The notes beneath the pieces were generated by a model. The model ran no database searches. It had not been told where the DNA came from and worked only from the letters and a program-made list of their open reading frames with translations. The translations under genes were made by a program, and so were the position numbers. Below, in pieces: positions 42,845 to 52,266 of a DNA stretch of 64,000 bases. Source of the DNA: Candidatus Fermentibacterota bacterium (GTDB taxonomy: Bacteria > Fermentibacterota > Fermentibacteria > Fermentibacterales > JCC-6); assembly GCA_963845085.1 (NCBI GenBank), contig CAWJQI010000005.1, forward strand, positions 64,502 to 128,501, written 5' to 3'. The stretch's first letter is position 1. Each line of letters begins with the position of its first letter.

Positions 42845-43048
42845 TTATCCGTAAACCTCTTTGCGGTTACAGTCGCAGACCTTCACCCTGCGCCTCTGGG
42901 GGCGCCACGTTCCGGCCTCCCCGCAGGCGCACGCCAGGTGAACAATGGGCTGTTTCTCCTTGCCGCACACCTTGCAGATCTCGACCTGGATTACCCTGGT
43001 CTCGTGTGCAAGCTTTGCGGTAAAGGTTCTGTCCTTCTTCTTAGGCAT
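42845..43048 (-). CDS. small basic Cys-rich (zinc-ribbon-like) hypothetical protein
   Basis: The 67-aa sequence is MPKKKDRTFTAKLAHETRVIQVEICKVCGKEKQPIVHLACACGEAGTWRPQRRRVKVCDCNRKEVYG. Its ATG shares one base with the GH57 stop (TGATG), and it fits exactly between its neighbours. Confidence 0.45.
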   Translation of the reverse strand: MPKKKDRTFTAKLAHETRVIQVEICKVCGKEKQPIVHLACACGEAGTWRPQRRRVKVCDCNRKEVYG

Positions 43049-44184
43049 CAGTCATCCCTTCGGATCATGGCCGGAATACCGCCTGCAAGGGTCATGACGG
43101 TATCCATGAAAACTCTGTCCGAGTACTCCCTGGAAATGGCCAGGGCAGTCTCAAGAATCGCCGATACTCCCCTTCGGACCTGAAGGGCGCAATACCGGCC
43201 CGACGAAGCCCACCAAAACGGGCATGAGTATAACATTTCATCGGCAAGGCGGGCAACTCTTCCCGAATCACACTGCCTGGCCCGGTCAAGAACTGTGTTC
43301 AGAAGCTGCCTCATGGTTTTGTGGTCAGCATTCTCAGGGTCGTCCCACAGCGGGAAAGGCACCCCCCGCTCAACGTCTCCCGGTGAAGTGGACCAGCTTC
43401 CGTCCGGAACCTTCGATTCCCTCCCGGGAAAGGCGGCTGCGATCTCGCCGAGCGTGGCGAGCCTTGCCCCCCCGGCATCGGCGAGAGCGCCGAGGAAGGG
43501 GGCCAGAAAGCCCTCGACTGCGCCTTTCCGATGGTGGCCGAAGGTCTCGCCATCCATCGCGATCACGATGTAGGAGTCTTCATCGCCCATCCAGCTGCGC
43601 ATTTCCTTGACGAGGCGCCTTGCGATAAGCCCTCCGTCGTCGCCGTGAAACGCGATGAAGTTGCTCCAGAAGTTGCTTCTGAGAAGAACCCTGATCCCCC
43701 GGTAAACGGGAACCCAGGTCGCGGGCGCCTCCAGGCCGCATGCCACCCAGGGCACGTCATCGGTTATGGTCCAGCGATACCCGAGACCGGCAAGAAGCTC
43801 TGCTGTATCGCCGTTCAGGGCCATTTCGGGAGGAAACACACCCGCAGGGGAACCGAAGCGCGGGAGAAGGCTCCGGTTGCCCTCTCCGTTGAGGTCAAGC
43901 TGCCTTTTTGTCTCGCGGTTCGAAATCAGGGGAAAGATCGGGTGGAAGGCACCGCTCTGGGTGAACTCGCACCCGGAGGCGGAGCCCATGGTATCAAGTG
44001 TTTCGGGGCACAACACAGAAAGCTGCTCGGAAAGGGAGAAGTTGATGTTCACGGTTACGGAGGCACTTGTGTCACGCAGAAGCCTGAAAACCGGGTCGTA
44101 GCATTCCCCGCTGATCCTTCGAACCACTTCCGGAGACTGTGTGGGGGGCTGGTAGAAATGCAGCAGAAAGCCGACGAGATTCAT
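43048..44184 (-). CDS. glycoside hydrolase family 57 protein
   Basis: FLLHFYQPPTQ and IAMDGETFGHH are GH57 hallmark regions. Start is taken at MNLVGF (44184), which overlaps the upstream stop (ATGA). Confidence 0.75.
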   Translation of the reverse strand: MNLVGFLLHFYQPPTQSPEVVRRISGECYDPVFRLLRDTSASVTVNINFSLSEQLSVLCPETLDTMGSASGCEFTQSGAFHPIFPLISNRETKRQLDLNGEGNRSLLPRFGSPAGVFPPEMALNGDTAELLAGLGYRWTITDDVPWVACGLEAPATWVPVYRGIRVLLRSNFWSNFIAFHGDDGGLIARRLVKEMRSWMGDEDSYIVIAMDGETFGHHRKGAVEGFLAPFLGALADAGGARLATLGEIAAAFPGRESKVPDGSWSTSPGDVERGVPFPLWDDPENADHKTMRQLLNTVLDRARQCDSGRVARLADEMLYSCPFWWASSGRYCALQVRRGVSAILETALAISREYSDRVFMDTVMTLAGGIPAMIRRDD

Positions 44185-44942
44185 GGGATCTCCAGAACTA
44201 TCTCGTCCCCCGCAGCCACACCGAGAAGGCTGTCCGCCCTGCCGCACGGCACTGCAACCTCGACAAGGCCCATGCTTCCGGGAATCACCAGAAGGGAACC
44301 GATGGAAGGATCGTAGGCTCCCGACCTGCCGGCCGGAAACCGCCTTGCACCTGCCCTGACGAATCCGGGGGTGAATCCGTCGAGAAGGTCCGATCCAGCC
44401 CACAGTATGCAGTTCCCGAAGTGGTCGACATGGGCCACTTCGGTTCTTATCCCGTTGTCAGTCGCTGCCGATACCCCCCTGGGAATGGTCACCGGTGCGG
44501 GACAGGGTTCGAGAAGGCCAAACCAGCCCGGGTTGACAAGAAAACGGGCGGCCATGGGTGCAAACCAGTCACGACCGTGGAACGTTGTCGATGCGCCGGG
44601 ATCGGGAGCCGGAAGGTACCGGGTGTCGCGGGCGTCGAGCCAGCTTAGAAGGCCGTTGTCGGGGCCGATCGCGATCAGGTCCCCGACGGATGCCGCTATC
44701 CCCCTTCGGGAGGTTCCGACACCGGGGTCAACCACCGCCAGCACGACCGAGCCTCCTGGAAGGCGCGGAACTGTCGTCATGAGGTGAAAGGCGCCTTCGC
44801 GCACAGACCCCGGCGTGACGGAGTGGGTGAGGTCGACAAGCAGCGGATCATCCCCGCAGAAGGAAAGGACCGCCGCCTTCATCTGGGCCGCGTAGCAGTC
44901 GCTGTATCCGAAATCGGAGAGCAGGAACAGGATGCCGGGCAT
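44181..44942 (-). CDS. SAM hydroxide adenosyltransferase / chlorinase-fluorinase family (DUF62) protein
   Basis: MPGILFLLSDFGYSDCYAAQMKAAVL...VVDPGVGTSRR...HGRDWFAP matches the family core. Confidence 0.8.
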   Translation of the reverse strand: MPGILFLLSDFGYSDCYAAQMKAAVLSFCGDDPLLVDLTHSVTPGSVREGAFHLMTTVPRLPGGSVVLAVVDPGVGTSRRGIAASVGDLIAIGPDNGLLSWLDARDTRYLPAPDPGASTTFHGRDWFAPMAARFLVNPGWFGLLEPCPAPVTIPRGVSAATDNGIRTEVAHVDHFGNCILWAGSDLLDGFTPGFVRAGARRFPAGRSGAYDPSIGSLLVIPGSMGLVEVAVPCGRADSLLGVAAGDEIVLEIP

Positions 44943-44949
44943 TTTTCTC

Positions 44950-47900
44950 CTACCTGTGCTTCACAATGACGAGTGTTCTGTCATCGGCCTGCGGAGCGGT
45001 GCTTCCATGGCTTTGAACCTCTTCAAGCACCTTCCGGACTATCTGGGTCGAGCCGAGATCCATGTGGCGCAGCACCGCCGCCACCAGCCCCTGCATCGTG
45101 AACTCGTTCCCTTCGGGGTCCATGGTCTCGGTTATGCCGTCGGTGTACAGAACGAGGACATCGCCCGCCTTCATCTCGAGAACTCCATAGTCATAGACGG
45201 CATCCTGCCTGAACCCGAGAATCAACCCGCCGGTGTCAAGAACCACTGTTTCACCGCTGCGTTTCACGAGGATTGGAGGGTTGTGCCCCGCATTCACGTA
45301 GGTGAGCTTTCCCGAATCAAGGTTGAGCACGCCGTAGAAAAGCCCTATCAGCCCCGTCACCTTGGTTCCGGTGAGCATGGCGTTGTTCACCCTGAACATC
45401 ACCTCGCTGATGCTGAAAATACTCTGGACGTTCGCAGAAAGGCTTCCCTTGAGGCCGGCCATGGTGAGTGCCGCGGGGATTCCTTTCCCGGTCACATCCG
45501 CGACTGCAAGACCGAGGTTGTTCCCGGAAAGGCTGAAGAAATCGTAGTAATCGCCTCCGACCTCCCTTGCGGGCCTGTAGTAGGCGGCGATGTCGTATCC
45601 GTCCAGGGCGGGAGGACCTTCGGGCATGAGCTCGTACTGGATCCTCCTTGCAGTGCTGAGCTCTCCGGCTATTCCTCCGCCGCTGTCAAGCCTTCCGAGG
45701 AACAGATCGGGCATCTTCGAACGCAGTGTGACGCTGTTCGTGATGTCGGGGTGCTTCGTGACGATGCTCACCGCGGCGAGCCTGACCTCTTCGGCAGGAT
45801 CGGTGAGGAGATCGGCAAGGTGTTCCTCGAGAGCAGGGCTGTCGACGCATCCGAGGCGCTCAACTGCACGCAGCGCCTCGAGGCGGACCGGAGCCGATTG
45901 ATCGGCGAGGGCGAGGGCGATCAGTGGCATGGTATCCTGCGGGGAAAGGTTGACAGACCTGAAAAAACCCGAGAACGTTCTGAGCCTGACGAACGAGTCG
46001 GCGTCGTGGATGAGCTTCTCAGCTATGGCATACCGCTTCGTCTCGTCGCGTCCCCAGAACTCGCCTCCAGCCTCTCCCGCGGCAGCCCTGACGGCCCTCT
46101 CGGGATCACCGGCAAGCTGCTCCAGCAGCTGCCCGGTCTCCTCGGTGCAGGAGCCGAGCTGTCTGGCTGCGTAGGCGACCGCCGCGCGCACCGTCGAGGA
46201 GGAGTCCTCGGACAGCGCCTTGAGGGCGGTACCCGCTTCGGGTCCCAGGGAATCGCGGTTCCACAGCAGGAACCACGGAAGCTTTGCCCTGGCCTCCATG
46301 CTGCGGTGGGCCATGATCCGGCTCACGGCGGTCATGGAGACTTCAGCGATGTCCCTCCGCCCCGAGGAGAGAAGCCTGCTCAGTGCCTCCCGGCCGCCGA
46401 ACGACTCGTCGGCAAGCACCCTTACCACAACGGTCAGCTGTCCGTACGACTCGATTATCCGAAGGTACGGCAGCACCATCTCGGCCATTGACCTGTCGCG
46501 GGGCATCTGCTCGGTCACTATCCGCCACAGGGTGTGCCTCTCCCTGCGGTTCAGCCACTGATAATTCATGAGAAGGTACTGGGCCACGCCTTTCCTGTCG
46601 GCTTCCGGAATGTCAACGATCATCGCATCCCTGACCTCTTCGGAGAGGTATCTGATCCGCGAACCCAGCTGAAATGCTACAAGAGCGCGCCCGCCGTCTT
46701 TCAACCGCTGGATGAGAAGCCAGAGAAGATCGCCGACCTCGCCGGTAACGCCCTCGAGCTTTCTGTTCGTGAGCCCCCAGGCAAGGAATCTGAGATCCTC
46801 GGGGTCGCCCTTCTCGAGTGCTCTGTTCAGGACCTGCTTTTCCTTCTCGATCATGTCGGGGAACTTGCCTCCGACATGGACAAGCACCTGCCTTTCGACT
46901 TCGCTGGCCCCGTCGTCGAGAAGGGTCTGATAGTATTCACCGGGGTCGTCGCCGACCGACCATGTCTCCATTCCAAACATGAATGAAACCCGCACAGCCG
47001 GTGATGGATCGGTGATGACCCTTTGCAGGATGTCCTGCATCCTTGCATCCCTCCTGACCCAGTACATGGCGAGGCACCGTGCGAGAACGACCTTCAGACC
47101 GACCGATCCGGAACCGATGATGAAGCGGCAGAGCCCGAGGGCCTGAGCATCGAAGCTCCGTCTGTCGAGAAGCAGCTTGTTGAAGAAATCCCCGAGATTC
47201 GAGGCCTCGGTCTCCCGGGAAGCGGCGAAGAGGAGCGATGCCTTCATTTCAGGCGAAAGTGAGTTGTAATGGTTCACAACGGCGAAACCGGCCCGTCTGA
47301 GAGCGGATTCATGGCTGCCCAGAAGTGTGTCGAAAACAGCGCTGACAACCGGTGATGCCTTCCGGATAAGCTCTTCGGTACCGCTGTCGACAGCAGCCAT
47401 GATTGTCGTGTCGCCGGCACACAGGTGCATCTCGCCCCGAAGCTCGAGACGCCTGAACGGCGGCCTTCCGTGGGCGGCATCGGAACCGGCGTACATTTCC
47501 AGAAGCTTGTCCAGCCCGGCAAAATCACCGTTCAGAAGGAGATTCAGGCGCTCCCATGCCTCAAGGACTGCCCGTCTGAAGACCGACTCGGGTACGATGG
47601 GTTCGAAAAGGGACAGGAGTATGAGCGCCGTTTTCCCGAAGGGGTCAAGATCCCAGAAACGTGAGAGCGCCCTTTCGCCTTCCCTCAGTCTCCAGGGCCT
47701 TTTCTCCGCGGGCCTCGGAAGTATGAGATGCCTTTCGTCGAAGAGGCTGAACACCGCCTCCATCTTGGAGGATGATGACGCAACGACAAGGCGCCTTCTC
47801 TTGTCGGTGGCCCTTGCCATCGTGGTTATGAAAACATGCCACAGATGGGCGGGATAATCCCCGGCGTACCTTCGCATGCTGTCGAGGTCGAACAGGATCG

Positions 47901-48561
47901 CGCAGTCTTCAGGCCCCCTCAGAAGCTGGTCAACTTCCTGGGCGTTGACGTCGCCCTCGACCAGTTCTATGGGCACCATCCCGGCTGCTGCGGACCTCGC
48001 GATGAGAATCCTTCCGAGCGTGGTTTTGCCCGAGCCCAGGGGACCCGAGAGACAGATGAAACCGTTTTCCTGCAGAATGGTTTCGGCCTGCTCGAGAATC
48101 GCCGGATCGAGAGTTTCCTCGCGAAGGTCCCCCCAGCCAGCGAGAAGCTCATCGCCCGCCGGGTATGGGAGTTTGTCACGCCTCACGGATGCCACCCAGG
48201 CTGCGACGGGCCCCGACATGAGTTGTCTTGCTTCATCGGCGCTGTTGAAACGCCAGAGCAGCCCCTCCCCCTCGAGGCGGGTGACCACCCGTTCGGACTG
48301 TCCGGTGGTGCCGGCCGTGACAGCGGCCACCGGAATCTTCCTCCGATAGCAGGAGTAGTACCAGGAGCGGAGGGAAGCCGAAGGAGGGCCGTAAAGTACC
48401 ATCAGCACTGCGTCGGGGATGGGTTCGGAGCTTGAGATGGAAAGCGAGTCCGCCCATCTGGGGGGCGGTATGCGCGAAGCTTCCGAGGTCACCACGCCAT
48501 CGACACCGGATGGAAACGAGGTTCTCTCCGTCAGGACAAGCAGCCTGAAAACGTTGTTCAT
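44950..48561 (-). CDS. giant PP2C/SpoIIE-type phosphatase with N-terminal P-loop NTPase and central HEAT repeats (RsbU-like output of the partner-switching operon)
   Basis: Walker A (LSGPLGSGKTTLGRIL) and Walker-B-like (CAILFDLD). Numerous HEAT-like units (DPSPAVRVSF, SSSTVRAAVAYAARQLG, DPERAVRAAAGEAG, ADQSAPVRLEALRAVERLG, DPAEEVRLAAVSIV). C-terminal SpoIIE motifs (ARRIQYELMP, GGDYYDF, ADVTGKGIPAAL, LYTDGITE, DDRTLVIVKH). Confidence 0.8.
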   Translation of the reverse strand: MNNVFRLLVLTERTSFPSGVDGVVTSEASRIPPPRWADSLSISSSEPIPDAVLMVLYGPPSASLRSWYYSCYRRKIPVAAVTAGTTGQSERVVTRLEGEGLLWRFNSADEARQLMSGPVAAWVASVRRDKLPYPAGDELLAGWGDLREETLDPAILEQAETILQENGFICLSGPLGSGKTTLGRILIARSAAAGMVPIELVEGDVNAQEVDQLLRGPEDCAILFDLDSMRRYAGDYPAHLWHVFITTMARATDKRRRLVVASSSSKMEAVFSLFDERHLILPRPAEKRPWRLREGERALSRFWDLDPFGKTALILLSLFEPIVPESVFRRAVLEAWERLNLLLNGDFAGLDKLLEMYAGSDAAHGRPPFRRLELRGEMHLCAGDTTIMAAVDSGTEELIRKASPVVSAVFDTLLGSHESALRRAGFAVVNHYNSLSPEMKASLLFAASRETEASNLGDFFNKLLLDRRSFDAQALGLCRFIIGSGSVGLKVVLARCLAMYWVRRDARMQDILQRVITDPSPAVRVSFMFGMETWSVGDDPGEYYQTLLDDGASEVERQVLVHVGGKFPDMIEKEKQVLNRALEKGDPEDLRFLAWGLTNRKLEGVTGEVGDLLWLLIQRLKDGGRALVAFQLGSRIRYLSEEVRDAMIVDIPEADRKGVAQYLLMNYQWLNRRERHTLWRIVTEQMPRDRSMAEMVLPYLRIIESYGQLTVVVRVLADESFGGREALSRLLSSGRRDIAEVSMTAVSRIMAHRSMEARAKLPWFLLWNRDSLGPEAGTALKALSEDSSSTVRAAVAYAARQLGSCTEETGQLLEQLAGDPERAVRAAAGEAGGEFWGRDETKRYAIAEKLIHDADSFVRLRTFSGFFRSVNLSPQDTMPLIALALADQSAPVRLEALRAVERLGCVDSPALEEHLADLLTDPAEEVRLAAVSIVTKHPDITNSVTLRSKMPDLFLGRLDSGGGIAGELSTARRIQYELMPEGPPALDGYDIAAYYRPAREVGGDYYDFFSLSGNNLGLAVADVTGKGIPAALTMAGLKGSLSANVQSIFSISEVMFRVNNAMLTGTKVTGLIGLFYGVLNLDSGKLTYVNAGHNPPILVKRSGETVVLDTGGLILGFRQDAVYDYGVLEMKAGDVLVLYTDGITETMDPEGNEFTMQGLVAAVLRHMDLGSTQIVRKVLEEVQSHGSTAPQADDRTLVIVKHR

Positions 48562-48568
48562 GCCTGGA

Positions 48569-49006
48569 TCAGGTGAGGGGCCAGATCAGGGTTGCCCTGG
48601 TCTTCCCTTCCGGCGTGAGATCGAACTCCACCCACTTGGCAAGGTTCCTTGCGATCAGGATGCCCCTGCCACGGTCATCGAGAAGCTCGTTCCCCTCGCC
48701 AGGCCTGTGCCCGAGTTCTCTGTCGGGCTGCCAGCTCCCGGTGTCCTCGACCTGAAAGCTCACCCTTCCGGGTAGTACATCGACCCTGACGGTAAGAAGC
48801 TTGGAGGGATTCATGGAGTTCCCGTGCTTCATGCCGTTCCGAACAAGCTCCATGACTGCAATGGAAAGACTTGTGAGCTCGTCCGGAAGCACTCCCCCCG
48901 CAAGGCCGATGCTCTCCACGAAGACCTGTACCGATTCCAGCATGCGCTCGTCGCTTGGAACCGTCAGGCAGATCCCCTTGAGCACGTCAGCCCTCCAGGG
49001 CCGCAA
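48569..49006 (-). CDS. anti-sigma-factor-type serine kinase (RsbW/SpoIIAB-like HATPase)
   Basis: N-box (AVMELVRNGMKHGN), G1 (VEDTGSW) and G2 (GRGILIARNLA). The size is about 145 aa. Confidence 0.8.
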   Translation of the reverse strand: MRPWRADVLKGICLTVPSDERMLESVQVFVESIGLAGGVLPDELTSLSIAVMELVRNGMKHGNSMNPSKLLTVRVDVLPGRVSFQVEDTGSWQPDRELGHRPGEGNELLDDRGRGILIARNLAKWVEFDLTPEGKTRATLIWPLT

Positions 49007-49328
49007 GGGCCTCTGTCTCGTCGTTGAAGGTGTCGAACACAGTGATGAGCTTCGTTATGATGAAAAGCTCATGGATCTTCTTTGTGGCATTCAGTATGAC
49101 CATTCGTCCGCCGGCTCTGGACACTGTTGTGTGGCCGCTCACCAGAACGCCGAGGCCCGAGCTGTCCATCCATGAGACGCCGCCGAGATCAACCAGGATC
49201 CTTCTGAAATCGTTGTTCACGGCACTCTCAAAAGCGGTCTTCACTTCCATGAGGTCGGGTCCGCTGATGACCTTGCCGTTGAGCCTGATAACCCTTACGG
49301 TGCCTTTGGTGTCCTCGCTTATTCTCAT
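48987..49328 (-). CDS. STAS-domain anti-sigma-factor antagonist (RsbV/SpoIIAA-like)
   Basis: The phosphorylatable-Ser motif VSWMDSSGLGVLV is present. The protein is 113 aa, with AGGAGG upstream of the ATG, and it overlaps the kinase gene by 20 nt. Confidence 0.85.
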   Translation of the reverse strand: MRISEDTKGTVRVIRLNGKVISGPDLMEVKTAFESAVNNDFRRILVDLGGVSWMDSSGLGVLVSGHTTVSRAGGRMVILNATKKIHELFIITKLITVFDTFNDETEALAALEG

Positions 49329-49416
49329 GATCCCCTCCTGGTTTTCGTTATGTGACCGCAGTTCCGTGAATCTGACTGCTTAGCATAGACAAACCGGGGC
49401 TTCGGGGCAAGAAGGG

Positions 49417-50487
49417 TCATGCGCACACGACGAAGTCCCGCCCCTCCCTCAGTCCTGCATTTTCCAGAAAAGCCCGTATTCTTGCCCTTGCCCCGAGTTC
49501 CCTTGAGGCGGCTATCACCGGAATGCCCGCGTAATCAGAAAGCCTCTCCGGCGCAGCGACGGGTTTCCCCCTGAGCATGCCGCCTGCATGACGGGCATCG
49601 GCGCACAGGAAGGCTTCGATCTCAAAACCCAGCGGGACCAGATACCTGGAAAGCCTTTTCGCGGTCTGGCCGCTGCCTGCAATGAGCACTCTCCTGCCCC
49701 GAAGAAGGGGCAGCGCGGCCAGGTACATCGCCTTCGTCCGGTAGAATGAGTTGAGGGAATAATTCCGCGACCTCCTGCTGTACCGGTCCGGCCTTTCCAT
49801 CCAGGCCAGAAGGTTTCTCCCGACCTTCTCGAAGCGGTAGCCCCTCGACCAGAGCCTCAGCCAGAGTTCGTAGTCCTCCGGAAGCCCGAGATCCCGGTAA
49901 CCGCCTTCCGAGATCACGGATTCCCTGTGAAAGAAGGCTCCCGGGTGAGGAAGCGGGCTCTCAACGAAAATGTCGCGGGAAATCTGCTCATGCGAAACAA
50001 GGCTGTTCATCCATCCCTCGTAGCGGCGGTAGCCCCTTGAAAGGGTTCTCAGGGGAAAACATTTGACAAGGCATGACACAACGCACCTTGGCCCAAGCCG
50101 TGCGGCCAGTTCAAGCTGCAGTGCTATCCTTTCGGGATGACACCTGTCGTCGGCGTCGAACCGGGCCACCCAGTCTCCCCTTGCCTCGGCAAGCCCGGTA
50201 TTGAGAGCATTCACGAGCCCTGAACCGCGCGCATCCAGTGTTCGGAAACGATCATCGTCCCGCTCGAACTCCCGTGCGATCCCGAGCGATCGGTCTGTCG
50301 AGCAGTCGTTGACGAGCACAGCCTCGAAATTCCGGTGGGTCTGGCGCTTCAGGGAGAGCAGGGCTTCGCGAAGCCAACGCTCCTCGTTGCGAAAAGGGAG
50401 CACGATTGAAACCAGTTCAGTCAATCCGGATGCTTTCCATAAGCTGCTCCGGGGTGTAGACCGGAGGGCGGCAGGCAGAACCGACAC
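49417..50487 (-). CDS. family 2 glycosyltransferase
   Basis: VSIVLPFRNEERWLREALLSLKRQTHRNFEAVLVNDCSTDRS...ARFDADD is a GT-A fold with a DxD motif. The start is uncertain; an internal TTG at 50424 would remove a 71-nt overlap. Confidence 0.75.
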   Translation of the reverse strand: MSVLPAALRSTPRSSLWKASGLTELVSIVLPFRNEERWLREALLSLKRQTHRNFEAVLVNDCSTDRSLGIAREFERDDDRFRTLDARGSGLVNALNTGLAEARGDWVARFDADDRCHPERIALQLELAARLGPRCVVSCLVKCFPLRTLSRGYRRYEGWMNSLVSHEQISRDIFVESPLPHPGAFFHRESVISEGGYRDLGLPEDYELWLRLWSRGYRFEKVGRNLLAWMERPDRYSRRSRNYSLNSFYRTKAMYLAALPLLRGRRVLIAGSGQTAKRLSRYLVPLGFEIEAFLCADARHAGGMLRGKPVAAPERLSDYAGIPVIAASRELGARARIRAFLENAGLREGRDFVVCA

Positions 50488-51196
50488 AGGCCTGGGCGTA
50501 CGGCCGGTCCATCACGGGAAGGAAGTTCCCCGTGATCAGATCCTGCCCCCCAGGTGTTTCCGGGTCTGCCAGCTCGACGTTCTCCGCCCCGGCAACGTCC
50601 TGTGCAGTCTCAAGGAGGGATTTCGTCAGGGGGTCGGACGCCCTGCCGACGACAAAGATGTGCACCCCTGACCCGTCAACGGGCGCCTCGACTGGCAGGG
50701 CTGCACCCTGGAGCGCGAGGGCGAACCGTTCACCCGTGGCAGCGCCGATGATGCGCGATATCTCCACACCGTCCCTTATAATGATGGTGACCGGCAGCAC
50801 CGGCGGTATGCCATACCTCTCCCTGACGAGTGAAGCTTCGTCCGGTGACAGCCAGACCACCGGCATCGAGATCGCAGTGCCTTCGCGGAAGCTCTGCAGG
50901 GTTTCGAGGGATGGATCGCCGATAGACACGGCAACAAAAGCCGCCGATCCGCCCATCTCGATGAAAAGGCTGTCGAGAACCGGCAGCTCATGAACGCAGG
51001 GGCTGCACCATGTGGCCCAGAAGTTGATGAGAACCGGCCCTGATCCGGCTGAGGATATCAGGCTGTCGAGACGGTCTGCCCCGAGAAGCAGCGGACCCTG
51101 CGTTCCGCCGTGCCGGGAAACGCCCACCCCGACGACGAAGAGCGGGACTGCAAGAAGGCAGCAGGCCGCAACCCACCAGGGAAACCTACGGACCAT
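50417..51196 (-). CDS. TlpA/ResA-like thiol:disulfide oxidoreductase with an extra C-terminal thioredoxin-like module
   Basis: N-terminal anchor, the redox motif LINFWATWCSPCVHELP, and a C-terminal AQACVGSACRPPVYTPEQL motif. Confidence 0.7.
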   Translation of the reverse strand: MVRRFPWWVAACCLLAVPLFVVGVGVSRHGGTQGPLLLGADRLDSLISSAGSGPVLINFWATWCSPCVHELPVLDSLFIEMGGSAAFVAVSIGDPSLETLQSFREGTAISMPVVWLSPDEASLVRERYGIPPVLPVTIIIRDGVEISRIIGAATGERFALALQGAALPVEAPVDGSGVHIFVVGRASDPLTKSLLETAQDVAGAENVELADPETPGGQDLITGNFLPVMDRPYAQACVGSACRPPVYTPEQLMESIRID

Positions 51197-52040
51197 GATG
51201 GATCGCCTTCACCGGGCATTTGTCGACGCACTTCATGCAGCGGATGCATTCGGGGGAGGAAGGGTTCCGAAAGATCTCAATTCCCATCGGGCAAACCTGG
51301 CCGCACTTCCCGCAACGGGTGCAGTTCTCCGAAACACCCATGCGCAGAACCGAAACCTTGCCCAGAAGCCCCCACGCGGCTCCAAGAGGGCAGAGGCAAC
51401 GGCAGAACACCCGCTCCACGGAGATCGACAGCAGGATTACGATGACGGCGATCGAGCTCTTCCATGCGAAGAGGAAACCCGTGCGGTAAAGACCCTCTCC
51501 GTCCATGGAGACAAGTGGCCACCCGGCCAGGGAGGTTCCGGCCGGACACACCGCCTTGCAGAACCAGGGATCGCCCGGAGCGGCGGGGGAATGCCTGAAG
51601 AATACTGGTAGAAGCAGAACGAAAAGTAGAAGCATTGCGTACTTCAGCGGTCGAAACCCCCCGGGGAGAGAAAACCTGCGGAGGGGGATACTGTGAAGCA
51701 GCTCCTGCAGAAGACCGAAGGGGCAGATCCAGCCGCAGGCCAACCTGCCGGCTGCAAGACCCGTGGCCGCGATGAAACCGAGGGGTGCCAGCAGGGCGAG
51801 GGCATCGGGCCGTCCGGAGGAGAGGGCGCCCAGGATGGCGGGAGATGCGAGCAGGGCCTGGAGCGATCCGGTCGGGCACGACAGAACCGCCGACGGTGTG
51901 CTGTAGCACCAGAGCCCCGGAATGAAGAACATCTTGGACACGCCGGCAAAAATCCCCCCGGTCAGCCAGCCTGCGGGGTAAAGGTTGGCAGCTAGGAATG
52001 CTGAGAATTGAACGGCTTTCCTCACGGGGGGAAGGGACAT
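51186..52040 (-). CDS. membrane-bound 4Fe-4S polyferredoxin (NapH/MauN-like)
   Basis: CGWICPFGLLQE and CRCLCPLGA (membrane CxxCP motifs), plus two ferredoxin clusters (CTRCGKCGQVCP and CIRCMKCVDKCP). Start is taken at MSLPPV (52040) because the track extension overlaps tRNA-Cys. Confidence 0.7.
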   Translation of the reverse strand: MSLPPVRKAVQFSAFLAANLYPAGWLTGGIFAGVSKMFFIPGLWCYSTPSAVLSCPTGSLQALLASPAILGALSSGRPDALALLAPLGFIAATGLAAGRLACGWICPFGLLQELLHSIPLRRFSLPGGFRPLKYAMLLLFVLLLPVFFRHSPAAPGDPWFCKAVCPAGTSLAGWPLVSMDGEGLYRTGFLFAWKSSIAVIVILLSISVERVFCRCLCPLGAAWGLLGKVSVLRMGVSENCTRCGKCGQVCPMGIEIFRNPSSPECIRCMKCVDKCPVKAIHHGP

Positions 52041-52167
52041 CAGCCCACCCCGATGCATTCGAGACAGACGTTCACCGCCTTGTACAGGATTACCAGCGGG
52101 TCGCCGGCAATGTAGCCCACAGCCGCCACGAAGAGTGCAAGGAGCAACAGGGTGATTCTGAAATGGA

Positions 52168-52242
52168 TGGAGGCGGCGACCAGATTTGAACTGGTGAATA
52201 GTGGATTTGCAGTCCACTGCCTTCCCACTTGGCTACGCCGCC
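52168..52242 (-). tRNA. tRNA-Cys (anticodon GCA), CCA encoded
   Basis: GGCGGCG acceptor, anticodon loop CUGCAAA, T-arm CCAGUUCAAAUCUGG. Confidence 0.9.
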
Positions 52243-52266
52243 TCTCCGTGGAGGGTGGTGAAGATA

